Origin: Octopus sinensis
Lineage: Eukaryota
Length of the DNA: 64,000 nt
Assembly: GCF_006345805.1 (NCBI RefSeq)
Contig: NC_042998.1
Location: 173,228,001-173,292,000, forward strand
Direction of reading: 5' to 3'
The notes beneath the pieces were generated by a model that did not search any database, was not told the DNA's origin, and worked only from the letters and a program-made list of their open reading frames with translations. Shown piece by piece: positions 1-11,815 of this stretch. Position 1 is the stretch's first letter, and each line of letters begins with the position of its first letter. The position numbers and the translations under genes were made by a program.

Positions 1-18
1 TATATATATATATATATA

Positions 19-232
19 TTTGACTCTATTGAATGCATATCACAATTATGAACTACTACATCATACTCTTTAAACATATAGCATGGACTCGCTTTACTAT
101 ATATGAATTTTTTATGTTTGACTCTATTGAATATTATATATGAATTTTTTATATTTGACTCTGTTGAATATATGTCACAATTATGAACTATTACATCATA
201 CTCTTTAAACATATAGCATGAACTATCTTTTT
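19..232. repeat. Imperfect tandem duplication, period 135 bp
   Basis: tttgactct(a/g)ttgaat...cacaattatgaacta...catcatactctttaaacatatagcatg starts at 19 and 154; a partial copy lies at ~118. Confidence 0.8.
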
Positions 233-246
233 TATATATAATTTTT

Positions 247-283
247 TTGATAAGGTTCGTCATTTCAAGAACCGAAACAGTTA
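247..283 (+). ncRNA. Degenerate hammerhead-like motif
   Basis: TTGATAA (for CUGAUGA) 247-253, stem II ggttc/gaacc 254-258/269-273, GAAAC 274-278; stems I and III are weak. Confidence 0.3.
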
Positions 284-380
284 AATAAATAATGTATATA
301 AAAAATTAAAATTTGTCTAATATAGCAGCATTTTCAAACTTCATTTTTTATTAAATATATATATATATATATATATATAC

Positions 381-546
381 GTTGGTGCGTTACGTCCTCG
401 TCATCTAGCGGTTCGGCAAAAGAGATCGGTTCAATCAGTTCTAGGCTTACAAAGAATAAGTCCCGAGGTCGATTTGTTCAACTAAAGATCGTCCTCCTGC
501 ATGGCCACAGTCAAATATCTGAAACAAGTAAAAGAATAAAAGAATA
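381..546 (+). mobile_element. SINE family A, 3' half
   Basis: Matches the tail of full copies (e.g. 55899-56362): gcggttcggcaaaagag...ggcttacaaagaataagtcc...tgaaacaagtaaaaga. Confidence 0.8.
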
Positions 547-586
547 CACACATACATATGCATATACTTATATATATAGGAATGTA

Positions 587-688
<102 letters not shown>

Positions 689-697
689 GATATATAA

Positions 698-1179
698 CGA
701 GGGAGATTTAAATTGAATATTAATTTAATTAATATCAATTTAAAACCAGTAGCCTAGCATATATAAAAAATCTGAAAAATCAGAAACATTTCAATACATG
801 CGTTTATTTAGGGATTACCACTAGGTGGATAACCAATATGCTAGAAGAAGATCAAATACAATCTAACTACAAAGAAAAGAATGTTCTCTAGAGAAATTCC
901 GGAAACGCCAGAACATAAACGGGCAAGACAGCTGGGAATATATAAAAATCAAGAATTAATCGTATGCAGTTTCGTCTTTTACCAATAAATTACTTACGTA
1001 AATGTTTCGTCCGCAGACTCTTTAGTACGATCTTTCCAATTCAATATAATTTGTAAAACTGTTTGCTGAATTTCTCTAGAGAACAGAGAACATTCTTTTC
1101 TTTGTAGTTAGATCGTATTTGATCTTTTTCTAGCATATTGTTTATCCACCTAGTGGTTATCCCTAAATAACACATGTAT
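698..1179. mobile_element. Foldback element (unique flank plus inverted arms), probably PLE-derived
   Basis: Arms 794-899 and 1068-1179 are reverse complements; flank and arm are homologous to 51001-51330; the spacer holds a hammerhead core. Confidence 0.75.
997..1029 (-). ncRNA. Minimal type I hammerhead relic
   Basis: Minus strand: cgta-CTAAAGA-gtc tgcg gac-GAAAC-att-tacg. Stem I 4 bp, stem II GUC/GAC with tetraloop; G5>A and G16.2>A. Confidence 0.55.
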
Positions 1180-1230
1180 ATATATATATATTATATATAT
1201 ATATAGATATATATATATATATATATATAT

Positions 1231-1279
<49 letters not shown>

Positions 1280-1649
1280 TAGATAGATAGATAGATAGAA
1301 GATAGATAGATAGATAGATAGATAGATATATGCATTTATGTTTCTTTTCTGTGTGTATTCTACTGACAAGGCAAAGCATTCCTAAATGCAAAGTCAGGTA
1401 TCCGGGATCTAGAATTATCCAGTAATTTTTTTACTAGCTTCATCTTGTCTCTTTGTTTTCTCTCCGTGTTTGCGATATGGAAAATTAAGGTGGTTTTAGA
1501 GTCAGATCATGGCTGCTATTTTCAGCATGGTGTTATCTCGTAGATAGCCTAATTTATAATTTTACTAATTATTACCTTTGAAGGTTATTTTTTGCATGCT
1601 GGCCACTTGATAAAATCATTATTTTATTTTAAATTAACAATCTTATCCT

Positions 1650-1717
<68 letters not shown>

Positions 1718-1723
1718 TGCGTG

Positions 1724-1754
<31 letters not shown>

Positions 1755-1964
1755 AGAGATGATGGTGTCATTGAGATCCAAAGGTTTCAGGTAATGTTGA
1801 ATAAGTGCTATAGACAGACCATAGTTAAGTTCCAGACTCGGTAATTTTGCCAAAAAGGGGTTCAATGATGATTCTATGTCAGCGTGTGTATATAAGAATT
1901 TTTTGCTTAATAAGATAAAAAAAAACCAAGGCTGTGTAGATATTAGAGCATTTATAGATAGAAG

Positions 1965-2016
1965 GTCTTACAGCTGTTTCTAGGATATTTATTAATTATA
2001 TCCCTTCATTGAAGAC
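1965..2016 (-). ncRNA. Type I hammerhead relic (left arm of palindrome)
   Basis: Minus strand: gtct-TCAATGA-agggatat...atatccta-GAAAC-AGCT-GTA-agac; 4-bp stem I, mutated core. Confidence 0.5.
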
Positions 2017-2201
2017 GGTGTGAGAGGATGGTTGTCATAGTTAGTTTAGATATGTTACAAAATAGAGAGTGGAGTGGAGGAAAGAAAATAGATGTATGAT
2101 TTCTATGATATCCCTACATATCTTGTATCTATTTTCTTTCCTCCACCTCACTCTCTATTTTGAATTACATCTAAACTATTACTTAACCATCCCCTCACAC
2201 C

Positions 2202-2253
2202 GTCTCCGATGAAGGGATATAATTAATAAATATCCTAGAAACAGCTGTAAGAA
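2202..2253 (+). ncRNA. Type I hammerhead relic (right arm of palindrome)
   Basis: gtct-CCGATGA-agggatat aattaataa atatccta-GAAAC-AGCT-GTA-agaa; U4>C. Confidence 0.6.
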
Positions 2254-2318
2254 CTTCTATGTATAAATGCTCTAATATCTACACAGGCTTGGTTTTTTAT
2301 CGTATTACGCAAAAAAAT

Positions 2319-2375
<57 letters not shown>

Positions 2376-2382
2376 GTGTGTG

Positions 2383-2420
<38 letters not shown>

Positions 2421-2671
2421 TATCTATATATATAGTATTAATAATGATAAGGAGAACGGAGATTTTCTACATCTATATTTTATTAATGAGTTATTTACAG
2501 CATTCCTTTATGGACTTACGCGCGTTTTAACTGCATCGACTGCTCACTGTTAGATATACTTTCTGGTGTCATTGTTGTTACAAGACCATTGAAGTTAGCC
2601 GGCATATGGAACCAATCTAAGAGGAAACTCGGAAACTGCCAAGTTTGTTTTTTCCTTTAACTCATTTTTGG

Positions 2672-2725
<54 letters not shown>

Positions 2726-3154
2726 AAATATATATACATATATATCGAACGATAGAAATGAGTGCTTAACAACGCATTGGTGGATATAATTTCTTTATTT
2801 ATGAATGAACGCTACCATTGGTTTCATGTTAAGAAAATTTGGAAAATATCCTAGTGTCTTAACAATTTTTCAAGCCAGCCACAGCTTCGTTTAATCCACA
2901 GAGATTTTCGTGAATTCACGTGAATAAAACAATCAATCAATGAATCAAGGGACGTTACTCCTGGGTTGCATCTTTTGGATGTTTGTCTCCCTTGGATTTG
3001 TCTTTTGGGAAATGCGTTGTGTGGTCAATTTGTTTGCATTATTTTGTTTTTGTTCTGGGCATGGTGTTCTGATATTTGTGTGCTGATGTAGTTCATCATT
3101 GGAGCTTACTTCTGTGCGTGTAGTTTATGCGTTATGTGTGTTCAGAATTCACGT

Positions 3155-4230
3155 TTAGGGAAGGGGCTCTCTTGGTGGAATTGCTGTCACATATAGTGGC
3201 TCTTCTTTTAAATATGTAAGTGTAAAATGCTGCTTGTGTATGCATGGAGAGAAGGTTTCATCCTCAATGTTTAGGATGTTGTCTGTTGATTGTATAATGT
3301 TTAACTTTTCAGTAATACAGAGTTCACATTGTGTACCCCGTCCTCTGTATAATCTTCCCAATAGTAATAATTTTCCATTCTATCTGGGGGTGGATTATTA
3401 CACCTTTCAATGTTCATATCATATTTGATAGGGATACTGCATGTTTTCTTTTTTATTTTTGTCTCTGAAGGACACCAGATATTGTGAATCTCCTTCCTTA
3501 AACGAGTCGCGCGTCATTCCGATATACGTCTTTGCTATTCCATTGGGGTTCATAATCTTGTCCTTGTATACGAGTTCTTTCTCGAGACATTTGTTCTTTA
3601 TAGGGCAGCGGTTTGAGGATCTACAGTTGCATTGTCTTTCTAGAGTGTTTCTGGTGTGTTAATATTTATTGGGATTAAGTGTTATTGGCCATATATTGGG
3701 GAGGCAACTATAGCTAACTTTAACAGTATTTATATTGAAGATCTTGTGGTAGATATGTGAATGTGGGAAGTGGAGGTCTAGTAGTTTTAAGAATTCTCTA
3801 GCTAGTTTAGTAGCTACATTCATGCTATAAGGTGGGATACGTCACAAGATTTTCCTCTCACTGCGTCTTCTTGGTCTATTTATATTTGGTTCAATGTAGT
3901 ATATGCTAGTCTTAAAGTTGGACCTTTCTATTGAGGCATTATAATATGGAGTGCCTTTTTCCAAAGTGTCTTCGTCGGCGGATTAATTGGAGATGTGCTT
4001 GCTAATGTTTTTAACCATTTGTTTAATTACTGCTGATAGGTGGGTTGTTGGAACCTATGTCTATGTACGAGGCTTTCTCGTTTGGTTTGTGGTGGAGTTT
4101 TAATTTTTCTGTGTTAAGATTCATGTTAATGTATGTGCCGGAAACTGGGAACAAAAACATTAGAAGAAAAGAATGAACAAGCAATAAATGGATAAACAAA
4201 CCATACAGAAGTGGGCATACGAACATGAAT
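3155..4230 (-). pseudogene. Penelope-like retroelement, RT thumb plus GIY-YIG endonuclease remnant
   Basis: Minus-strand frames give KPNEKASYIDIGSNNPP, CNCRSSNRCPIKNKCLEKELVYK...TYIGMTRDSFK and CELCITEKLNII...LN; many stops and frameshifts. Confidence 0.85.
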
Positions 4231-4885
4231 AAATGTGATTCAAGCCGAGACTATTAGTGAACGGATGAGCGACAAAGACGAAACAAATAAGGGCCAGACA
4301 GAGACACAATTATGGATAACAGTGAAAGGAAAACCCTAAAGGGTTGGAAGCAGGACAACAGACAGCGAAATAGGTTGAAGTGGAGATCAGGGGAAAATAC
4401 CACCGGTTGCTTAAGTGGTTGGTATGAAAAAGAAAGAAAGAGAAAATGAAAAAAGAATGACCTTGATTCATTTGTCGGTAGCAGGAAAGAAAAAAGTGAG
4501 AGGGGCAGAGAGGGAAGAGAGCTGAAAAAAGGGAAAGAAGGCAGAGAACAGATAAAAACAGAAATCGTGCGAATATAAACACTTTGTTAATAAAATCGAG
4601 GGTACGTAGCGTTCCATTGATTGATAAGTAGAAAAATATATAATAAATGCACAAAAGAACGGAAAACAAACATAGAAGGTAAGCAGCTCCACATAAGAAA
4701 TCGGCCTGAGGGTCGAACGCAATTTCGCACCTTTACATACATACATATATACATACATACATACATACATACATACATACATACCTATCCAGTTAGAAAT
4801 AAGAGTTAAAACAACTCTTAGCCATAAGAAAGCACTTATCCTATGACTGACAAGGGAGACAAGGTCCCTACAACATCCGGGACAT

Positions 4886-4933
4886 AGCCAGATCACCTGT
4901 GATTTCGTAGTTGATTAATGCTCGTCAGTGGCT
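4886..4933 (-). ncRNA. Type I hammerhead ribozyme motif with intact catalytic core
   Basis: Minus strand: agcca-CTGACGA-g cattaatcaacta c-GAAA-tcac ag gtga-TC|tggct. Stem I 5 bp, stem III 4 bp, AUC triplet; stem II decayed. Confidence 0.72.
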
Positions 4934-5264
4934 TTCACCCGGTTACCTAGGTTGAAGCTGGCTTGCTTGTCAGTTTATAAGAGTTATATAAGAGTTACTG
5001 ATTTCATAACTAGTAAAAGTGAAAATTTGACATAATAAAGGTGGGTTATTCGCAGTTTACCATCGTAAATTAAAGCCGATAGTAAAGAATAATTGCTTAG
5101 CAAATAGTTTTCTTTTTTAAAATGCCGCTGCGTATTTTAGTACAATTGTTTAGATGTGGTGACTGCTTGGATAGGAATATATTATGCTGACGACCAAAAG
5201 CAATTATCTATTTCTCTATCTATGTATATGTCTGCCCATCTCTCTTTCTCTCTCTCTATCTGTC

Positions 5265-5368
<104 letters not shown>

Positions 5369-6846
5369 CACCTATCTAGTTATAGACACAAATAAACACA
5401 AATCTATCTATATCAAGATTCATCATTCATTTCTAAAACCAGTCTTAATGGAAACAAAGATTATTCAGTGATTTTTATTTTTCTGAGTTGCTTTCAGCTG
5501 AAAGTAGTACTTTCACGTGCAGCAATTTTCTAGATGTTTGCAAGAAAATTTTGCGCTAAAAGTTAATTTCAAAATTTTCAATTGAAATTGTAAAATGAAA
5601 CTATTAAGCAGAGAGAACTCCTGCCAAATATATTACTTCTTCTTCAACTCTAGTTGCAAAAAGCGAAATGAGATTATGAAGTACAATCCAAATTCATATG
5701 ATTTATATATATACATATACAGTAAACACACACATACACACATTCACACACACATATATGTATGTATGTATATATATATATATATATATATGCGTGTGTG
5801 TGTGTGCGCGTGTATACATGCACATGCTATATATTCTCAAGTGAACGTGATGCAAACACATAGAAAAAGTACTCATAGAATCGTATAGTATAATGCTGAA
5901 TGTGAACATGTATTAAAACTCTTAGTTCAACTGAAAGATGCCTATCTTAGTCTACGAAGACGCTGAAGATTGATTAGTGACATTAGTGACCTCAAGTTTA
6001 TAGATATTAGCTCCGGAAAATATATTAATTCTGGGACGTATATTAAAAAATATATGAAAAATTTCCTGAGCAATAAATAACAAATGATGTGTGATAATGG
6101 CTTTTGGGATGATGATGATGATGATGATGATGATGGTGGTGCTGATGACGATGAAAATAAGAATGAAATTCAGACTATGTATTTATGACTATTGGTATGT
6201 CAGGATATTGGTGATGAAGGTAAATGGTGATGACAGGTAAACTTAAGAATTAATAGGAATTCTCAGGAGGAATATATTAATGCTGATTTTATAGAAGTGA
6301 ATAATAAAAATCATAGTAAAGTGAATAAGAGTTGTCGGTGCGGATGATGACAGAGAAAGTGGTAATGAAGAGAAAGACAGAGAGAGAGAGAGAGATAGAG
6401 AGAGAGAGATACAGACAGTTAGACAGAGAGGGAGGGAGGAAGAGAGAGAGGATTTTAGATTGACAGCTGGTGAACATGCTTAGTACAATATATATCAGAA
6501 AGACATACAACATAATTATTAAGCTTTCAGGGAGAAAAGACCTCTTGGCTAGTCCATCTAGCAAAGACTTGCTAAAGCCACTCACAAACATACACACACA
6601 CGCCACACACACGTACATGATCTAATTACAAATTAATAAACAATATCTTGGTGACGCTGATAATAAACTATTAGCGGGGTGAATGTATTTCTAATTAAGA
6701 TAGTTAGATTTCAGAAAAGGATTCTGAAAACCATACGAGTTTTACATGTATGGAATATCTCTGTTTTTCTTGGTGTTTATTCTGAAAGAACTGCATAGGT
6801 GGATTCACACGGAAATGCGAAACTTTACTGGTTACATTTGTAAAAC

Positions 6847-6879
<33 letters not shown>

Positions 6880-6889
6880 GGGGGAGAGA

Positions 6890-7105
6890 GCATGGCTTAG
6901 TGGCTAGGGTGTGATTTCAATTCCTATACGGGTGGTAGGTTCTGTTCTTGAGCAACACATTTCATCTCACGTTTCTTTGCGATCATCCCGACACCTGACG
7001 CGTGGCACAGAGTGCCCCTAGAGTGAGCTGATATGCGTCATGAACATTTGATCACTATAAACAAATGATGTGTGCGGGTCACTTGCTATCCCCGGAAATT
7101 TTGTA
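6890..7105 (+). mobile_element. tRNA-derived SINE (family D), degenerate
   Basis: A-box-like tggcttagtgg, B-box-like gatttcaattcc, then gttcttgagcaacacatttcatctcacg; a related head lies at ~59950-60080 (-). Confidence 0.45.
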
Positions 7106-8345
7106 TATATATATATATTTTGGAAGTTATTTCTTCTTAAAATGAATTACTTTGTTATTTACATGCATGCTTATTTGCAAAATTACCAAAACACCAGGCA
7201 TTATTTTGCAATGGTTTTGCAAATTGAATGAATATAAAAATTAAGCTCATCTAAGAAAATTCCGTAGCAAGGCAATAAATATCTTCCCTCTCCTCCGTTA
7301 TTTTCTTCACGCTATGATCTTTTTTAGCACTAGAGACCATTGTAAGGTTCGTCAGCATTTCTTGGCGTTGGATATAAAGCCTATATATTTTTTTCTTCTT
7401 TTAGGTACAGAGAAAGAACTATCTACAGACGAAGCTGAAATTGAGAGAATTTGGATAAAATTGATTAAATATCCCCTAATACACTGTCTAGTTTGCTTGC
7501 CACGTCAACTGCAGGATCGTGTGTTGAAGCAACCAAATATTTTAAACAGCCTACCTCATCTAAATTCTTTATAGCTAGTTGTGAACTAGCCTGAGTACTT
7601 CAGTATTCGCTAATGTCACTTAATGTCAGTCTTCACTGATGTCAGTTAACTAGAGTCTTCACTAATGTCTGAAAAAATCTTTCACAAATGTGTCCATTTC
7701 TGTCAACATAGCGCCTAAGAGATAAAATTTGAGACACAATTTCCATCAGAAGTTTCGTTCATTAAGATAGCGGTTTACACACTTTCGGTAATTTCCTTTT
7801 TAAATTTGGTACGATTGAATGAAATAAATCGTTATGAATAGTTCTGACAACCCTTTAAAGACACTAGCAGTTCTTAAATGATTTTGCAAGTTTTCCATCA
7901 AAATCATCACGCACAATACTAATGCAATGTCTCTTCTTGCGTTTATAGATAACTAACTTTTATACTGACCGCAGAAAGCAAATTCTTGCTTCCCCAAATC
8001 CACGTTATTGTAATTAGTTTTTCTTAAGGAATCTCTTTTTTCAAAATTTCGTCTTCATGGCTCGTTGTTAGAAAGAGGAAAGAGAGCATATCCGGCGAAA
8101 GGAAAATAGTCCAAGGCAAGCACATTTGTGATAACATGACTGAAGTGAATGGAAGAGGAGAATGTGGTTTTTAAAGGCAGGAGTGTGCGAAAATGGCCAG
8201 TGTGTGTCTGTGTGTGTGCGCGCGCGGTAGTGTCTGTGTACGTGTGTGTTGCTCTCTACGTGAGTCATGTATGCGTAAAGGAGGTGTTCTGACAGGTTTG
8301 TACCTTGACGGTGTGAAGTTAGGTGAATGTGTGTTGCTGTGTCTA

Positions 8346-8429
<84 letters not shown>

Positions 8430-8559
8430 GTATATGTAAATATATATATATATATTGTGTGTGGTGTGTGTGGGTGTTGTGTGTGTGTGTGTGTTGTGTG
8501 TGTGTGCGTGTGTGTGTGTGGTGTGTGTAGTATTAATAGTAGGATATGGATTTCGTATT

Positions 8560-9400
8560 AGATATTTATTAGGAATAACACGTGTAAAAATGTCTTATGC
8601 TAACTCCTCACATATCAAGCACCACATTCACAGGATTAATAATCGTAAACTAAGACAGCTGACAGACTGCACTCAAAATAAGCCCACAAAAATTGACCGT
8701 GACTCATATAACCAACCTAGAGACAACGCAAATATCAGCCAATTAATGCATGAAAGTGGTAATGAATCACAATTTAATAGCAACCAACCGAGAAAAAACA
8801 ACAGCAATGTCTAAAATAATTGACCAATGGGTTACATCAGCAACAATTCAAACAACACTAGCGCACCCACAAACAGTAAGAATAATAGGATAAACATGAC
8901 CACGAATATACTGTATAGAACCAATTCATCTAGGGCCCGCTGCACACAAACAAAGAAAACAAAAATCAGCCAATTATGCTCATGCAGAAACAGATCCAAA
9001 TGTCCCTTGGGCAATCAATGCATGACTAGAAATGTGGTGTATAAGTACACAGTAAACACTAGAGGGGACCCCTACGTAGATATCGGTGTATCGACCGATA
9101 TATTCGAAAATCAATATCGCAATCACGTTGCCAACTTTTGAAAAATCCTTAAGCAGCAGGATTTTATCTGGAGGCTCAACGAAGAGAAGGCAAAATACGA
9201 CCTGACCTGGTCCCTAATAAGACAAGCGAGTCCCTATAACACATTATCCCAGAAATTCCAGCTATGTTTCGGGGAGTCACTCTCACTATTATTAACTATA
9301 GAGGGCATTATAAACAGATTTACTGAACAATTACCCAGGTGCCTGCATATAGCTAGACGTACATCCATATACCGCAATCTAAACCATACCTAACTGATGC
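8560..9400 (+). pseudogene. Penelope-like retroelement C-terminus (linker plus GIY-YIG)
   Basis: ORF 8827-9141: LCSCRNRSKCPLGNQCMTRNVVYKYTV...YVDIGVSTDIFENQYRNHVANF, continuing FIWRLNEEKAKYDLTWSLIRQASPYN. Confidence 0.85.
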
Positions 9401-9583
9401 AAGCCTAACACTCACAACTCGGGTAAAACCTCATAAACTAAAAGAGAACCGTATCTGAATAGCATGTATTTAGACATTCAACTTTATAATCCAGGCGTAT
9501 ATATGTATGTATATATGCATGAATAAGTATGTGAATGTATATGTCTGTATGTGTGTGTGAGAGAGAGACAGATAGAGAGAGCG

Positions 9584-9625
<42 letters not shown>

Positions 9626-9735
9626 TGGGTCTATGTACGTATCTATATGAATTTATATATGTGTGTATATGTATATATGTGTATATGCGGATGTGTACTT
9701 AGATGTATGTATTTGTGTATATATGTATCTTCCTT

Positions 9736-9784
<49 letters not shown>

Positions 9785-10158
9785 CGACGCCTCGGTTGAA
9801 CCTGCAGCGCTGGTTAACTTTCTCATTGCCACCGCCCATGGAAATCACCTGGACATATTCCGGCTCTTACTCTTGGTTGTGGCTGTAGGCTGACCAAAAG
9901 GTGGTAGCACTGCTCTTGGATCTTATATGTGGTGAAAAACCTCTATCCGTTAGGTCTTTGTCTCCTCCAAACGATATCACCATAAATGAGGCATTGTAAT
10001 TCCAAACAGAACCACGAAAGTGCTTGACCTTCGGGGTGCTCTCTGTAAGCAGCTCCATCAATATCTCTGGCAGAGCTTGCAGTGCATTCAGTTTCATCTT
10101 TCCTCTTGAGAAGCACATAGTTGGAGCCTCACCTGGCAACTTAAGAGACCTGCAATAT

Positions 10159-10566
10159 TCTCTTTTACTCTTTTACTCTTTTACTTGTTTCAGTCATTTG
10201 ACTGCGGCCATGCTGGAGCACCGCCTTTAGTCGAGCACATGGACCCCGGGACTTATTCTTTGTAAGCCTAGTACTTATTCTATCGGTCTCTTTTGCCGAA
10301 CCGCTAAGTTACGGGGATGTAAACACACCAGCATCCGTTATCATGCGATGTTGGGGGGACAAACACAAACACACACACACACATATATGTATACATATAT
10401 ACGACAGGCTTCTTTCAGTTTCCGTCTACCAAATCCACTCACAAGACTTTGGTCGGCCCGAGGCTATAGTAGAAGACACCTGCCCAAAGTACCACGCCGT
10501 GGGACTGAACCCGGAACCATGTGGTTGGTAAACAAGCTACTTATCACACAGCCACTGCTGCGCACA
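10159..10566 (-). mobile_element. SINE family A, full length, inserted in the RepHel ORF
   Basis: tRNA-like head with A/B-box-like motifs at ~10490-10566, internal CA/TA tract, (tcttttac)n tail at 10159-10185. Confidence 0.95.
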
Positions 10567-10721
10567 CTTTTTCCATTCTGCCAATGGATAGGTTCCGGTT
10601 GCTACAATAACCTTTAATGAAATTATACCTGAAGGCAGCTTTGAACCAAAAAATGTTCGGAAAATGCAGAAAAAATCTTTCAGATTTGTTCGATTTGTCT
10701 CGCGAGTCGGTGTGACTGTCT

Positions 10722-11075
10722 GCAGCTAGGCGGGCTTCTCTCAGTATTGCCGTCTCTGCTTGCATTGCTCTTTCTTAATATACTGTCCGTGCAGTTAGGC
10801 GAGCTTGCCCCTCCATTGCCGTCCCTGTTTTCCTTGCTCTTTCTTGCTATAGTTTATGTGCAGTAAGGCGAGCTTCCGTACCCACTGCTGTTTCTGACTG
10901 CCTTCTATGAGCTGTTCGATTTTCAGCTTGGCGAGATCCTGCTTCTTCTTTCCTCTATGCTTGCCTTGTCTTTTTTGGGCTACTCTTTGTGCAGTTAGGC
11001 GAGTTTTTCTCTCCACTGCTGTCTCAGTTTGCCTTGTCTTTCTACTGTCTGTTCAAGCTGCAGCCAGACGAGTTT
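10722..11075 (-). repeat. ~69-bp (23-codon) coding repeat of the RepHel N-terminus, six copies
   Basis: gcagytaggcgag-like anchors at ~10722, 10791, 10860, 10923, 10991, 11060. Confidence 0.8.
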
Positions 11076-11452
11076 CTCTTTCTGTTACTGGCTCTTAAGT
11101 GAATAATAAAGATAAATTACTTCACTTGTGAGTAACCACATGTACAACGTAAATTAGTTGAAATATCGATTTAAGTGTTATTTTAAATAAGAGTACAATA
11201 TGTGATATGAAAGGAGGTAAAGTGTGTTCTTGAGTATAACAGTTTACATAGAGAGTAGGAAACATTTATTGAATAACATACCTATGTACGCCTCTACCGC
11301 TGTTTTCGTGCGCGCACTGTTCGAGAACTCAGATTTGATCTTTTTCGCAATGGCATCGCGATCTTATATTTCAAAGCTATTGAGGGGAAGAAGGTGCACC
11401 ATTATGCACACTGAAACTTTTCTTTGTTGTAGAGTACATCCTTATAAAGCAT

Positions 11453-11815
11453 AAACACAATTATCAATATAAATTAAGAAAGTGTTCCTACATGTAAACA
11501 GCGTGTGACCTTTATGAGGACAGTGCAGATGACCATTGGGCGGAATAGAAACAGAGAGGATTGTAAATAGATTATTTCTCCTTGGCCGTTAAAGAAAAGT
11601 AAACGGTACTTCTTAAGAAAGCATCAACACAGCTATCAATATAAATTAAGGTGTTCGTACATGTAAACAGAACAGAGCAGATTGCAATGTTATTGATAGA
11701 TAAAGGCCAATTTCTGTCTGCTTGTATGATTGGTTGCTACACAGTACATCGTTAAAAAATATTAACACATCTATCAGTATAAATTAAGAATGTGTGAACA
11801 GGTGTTGACCTTTGT
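11453..11815. repeat. Three imperfect direct repeats, spacing ~140-170 bp
   Basis: aacaca...tatca(a/g)tataaattaag...(catgt)aaacag at ~11453, 11625, 11763. Confidence 0.6.

Larger units (their letters stand above)
1886..2325. repeat. Long imperfect palindrome (~200-bp arms, 33-nt spacer) ending at a TA tract
   Basis: 1886-2093 is the reverse complement of 2127-2325. Confidence 0.9.

Noticed and set aside
7385-7574. Strong acceptor-like tttcttcttttag followed by an open frame
   Set aside because: No donor and no recognisable domain; insufficient without RNA data.
9393-9432. CTGATGC...AAAAC just after the PLE ORF
   Set aside because: Position is suggestive, but there are two core changes, a weak stem II and no stem I or III.
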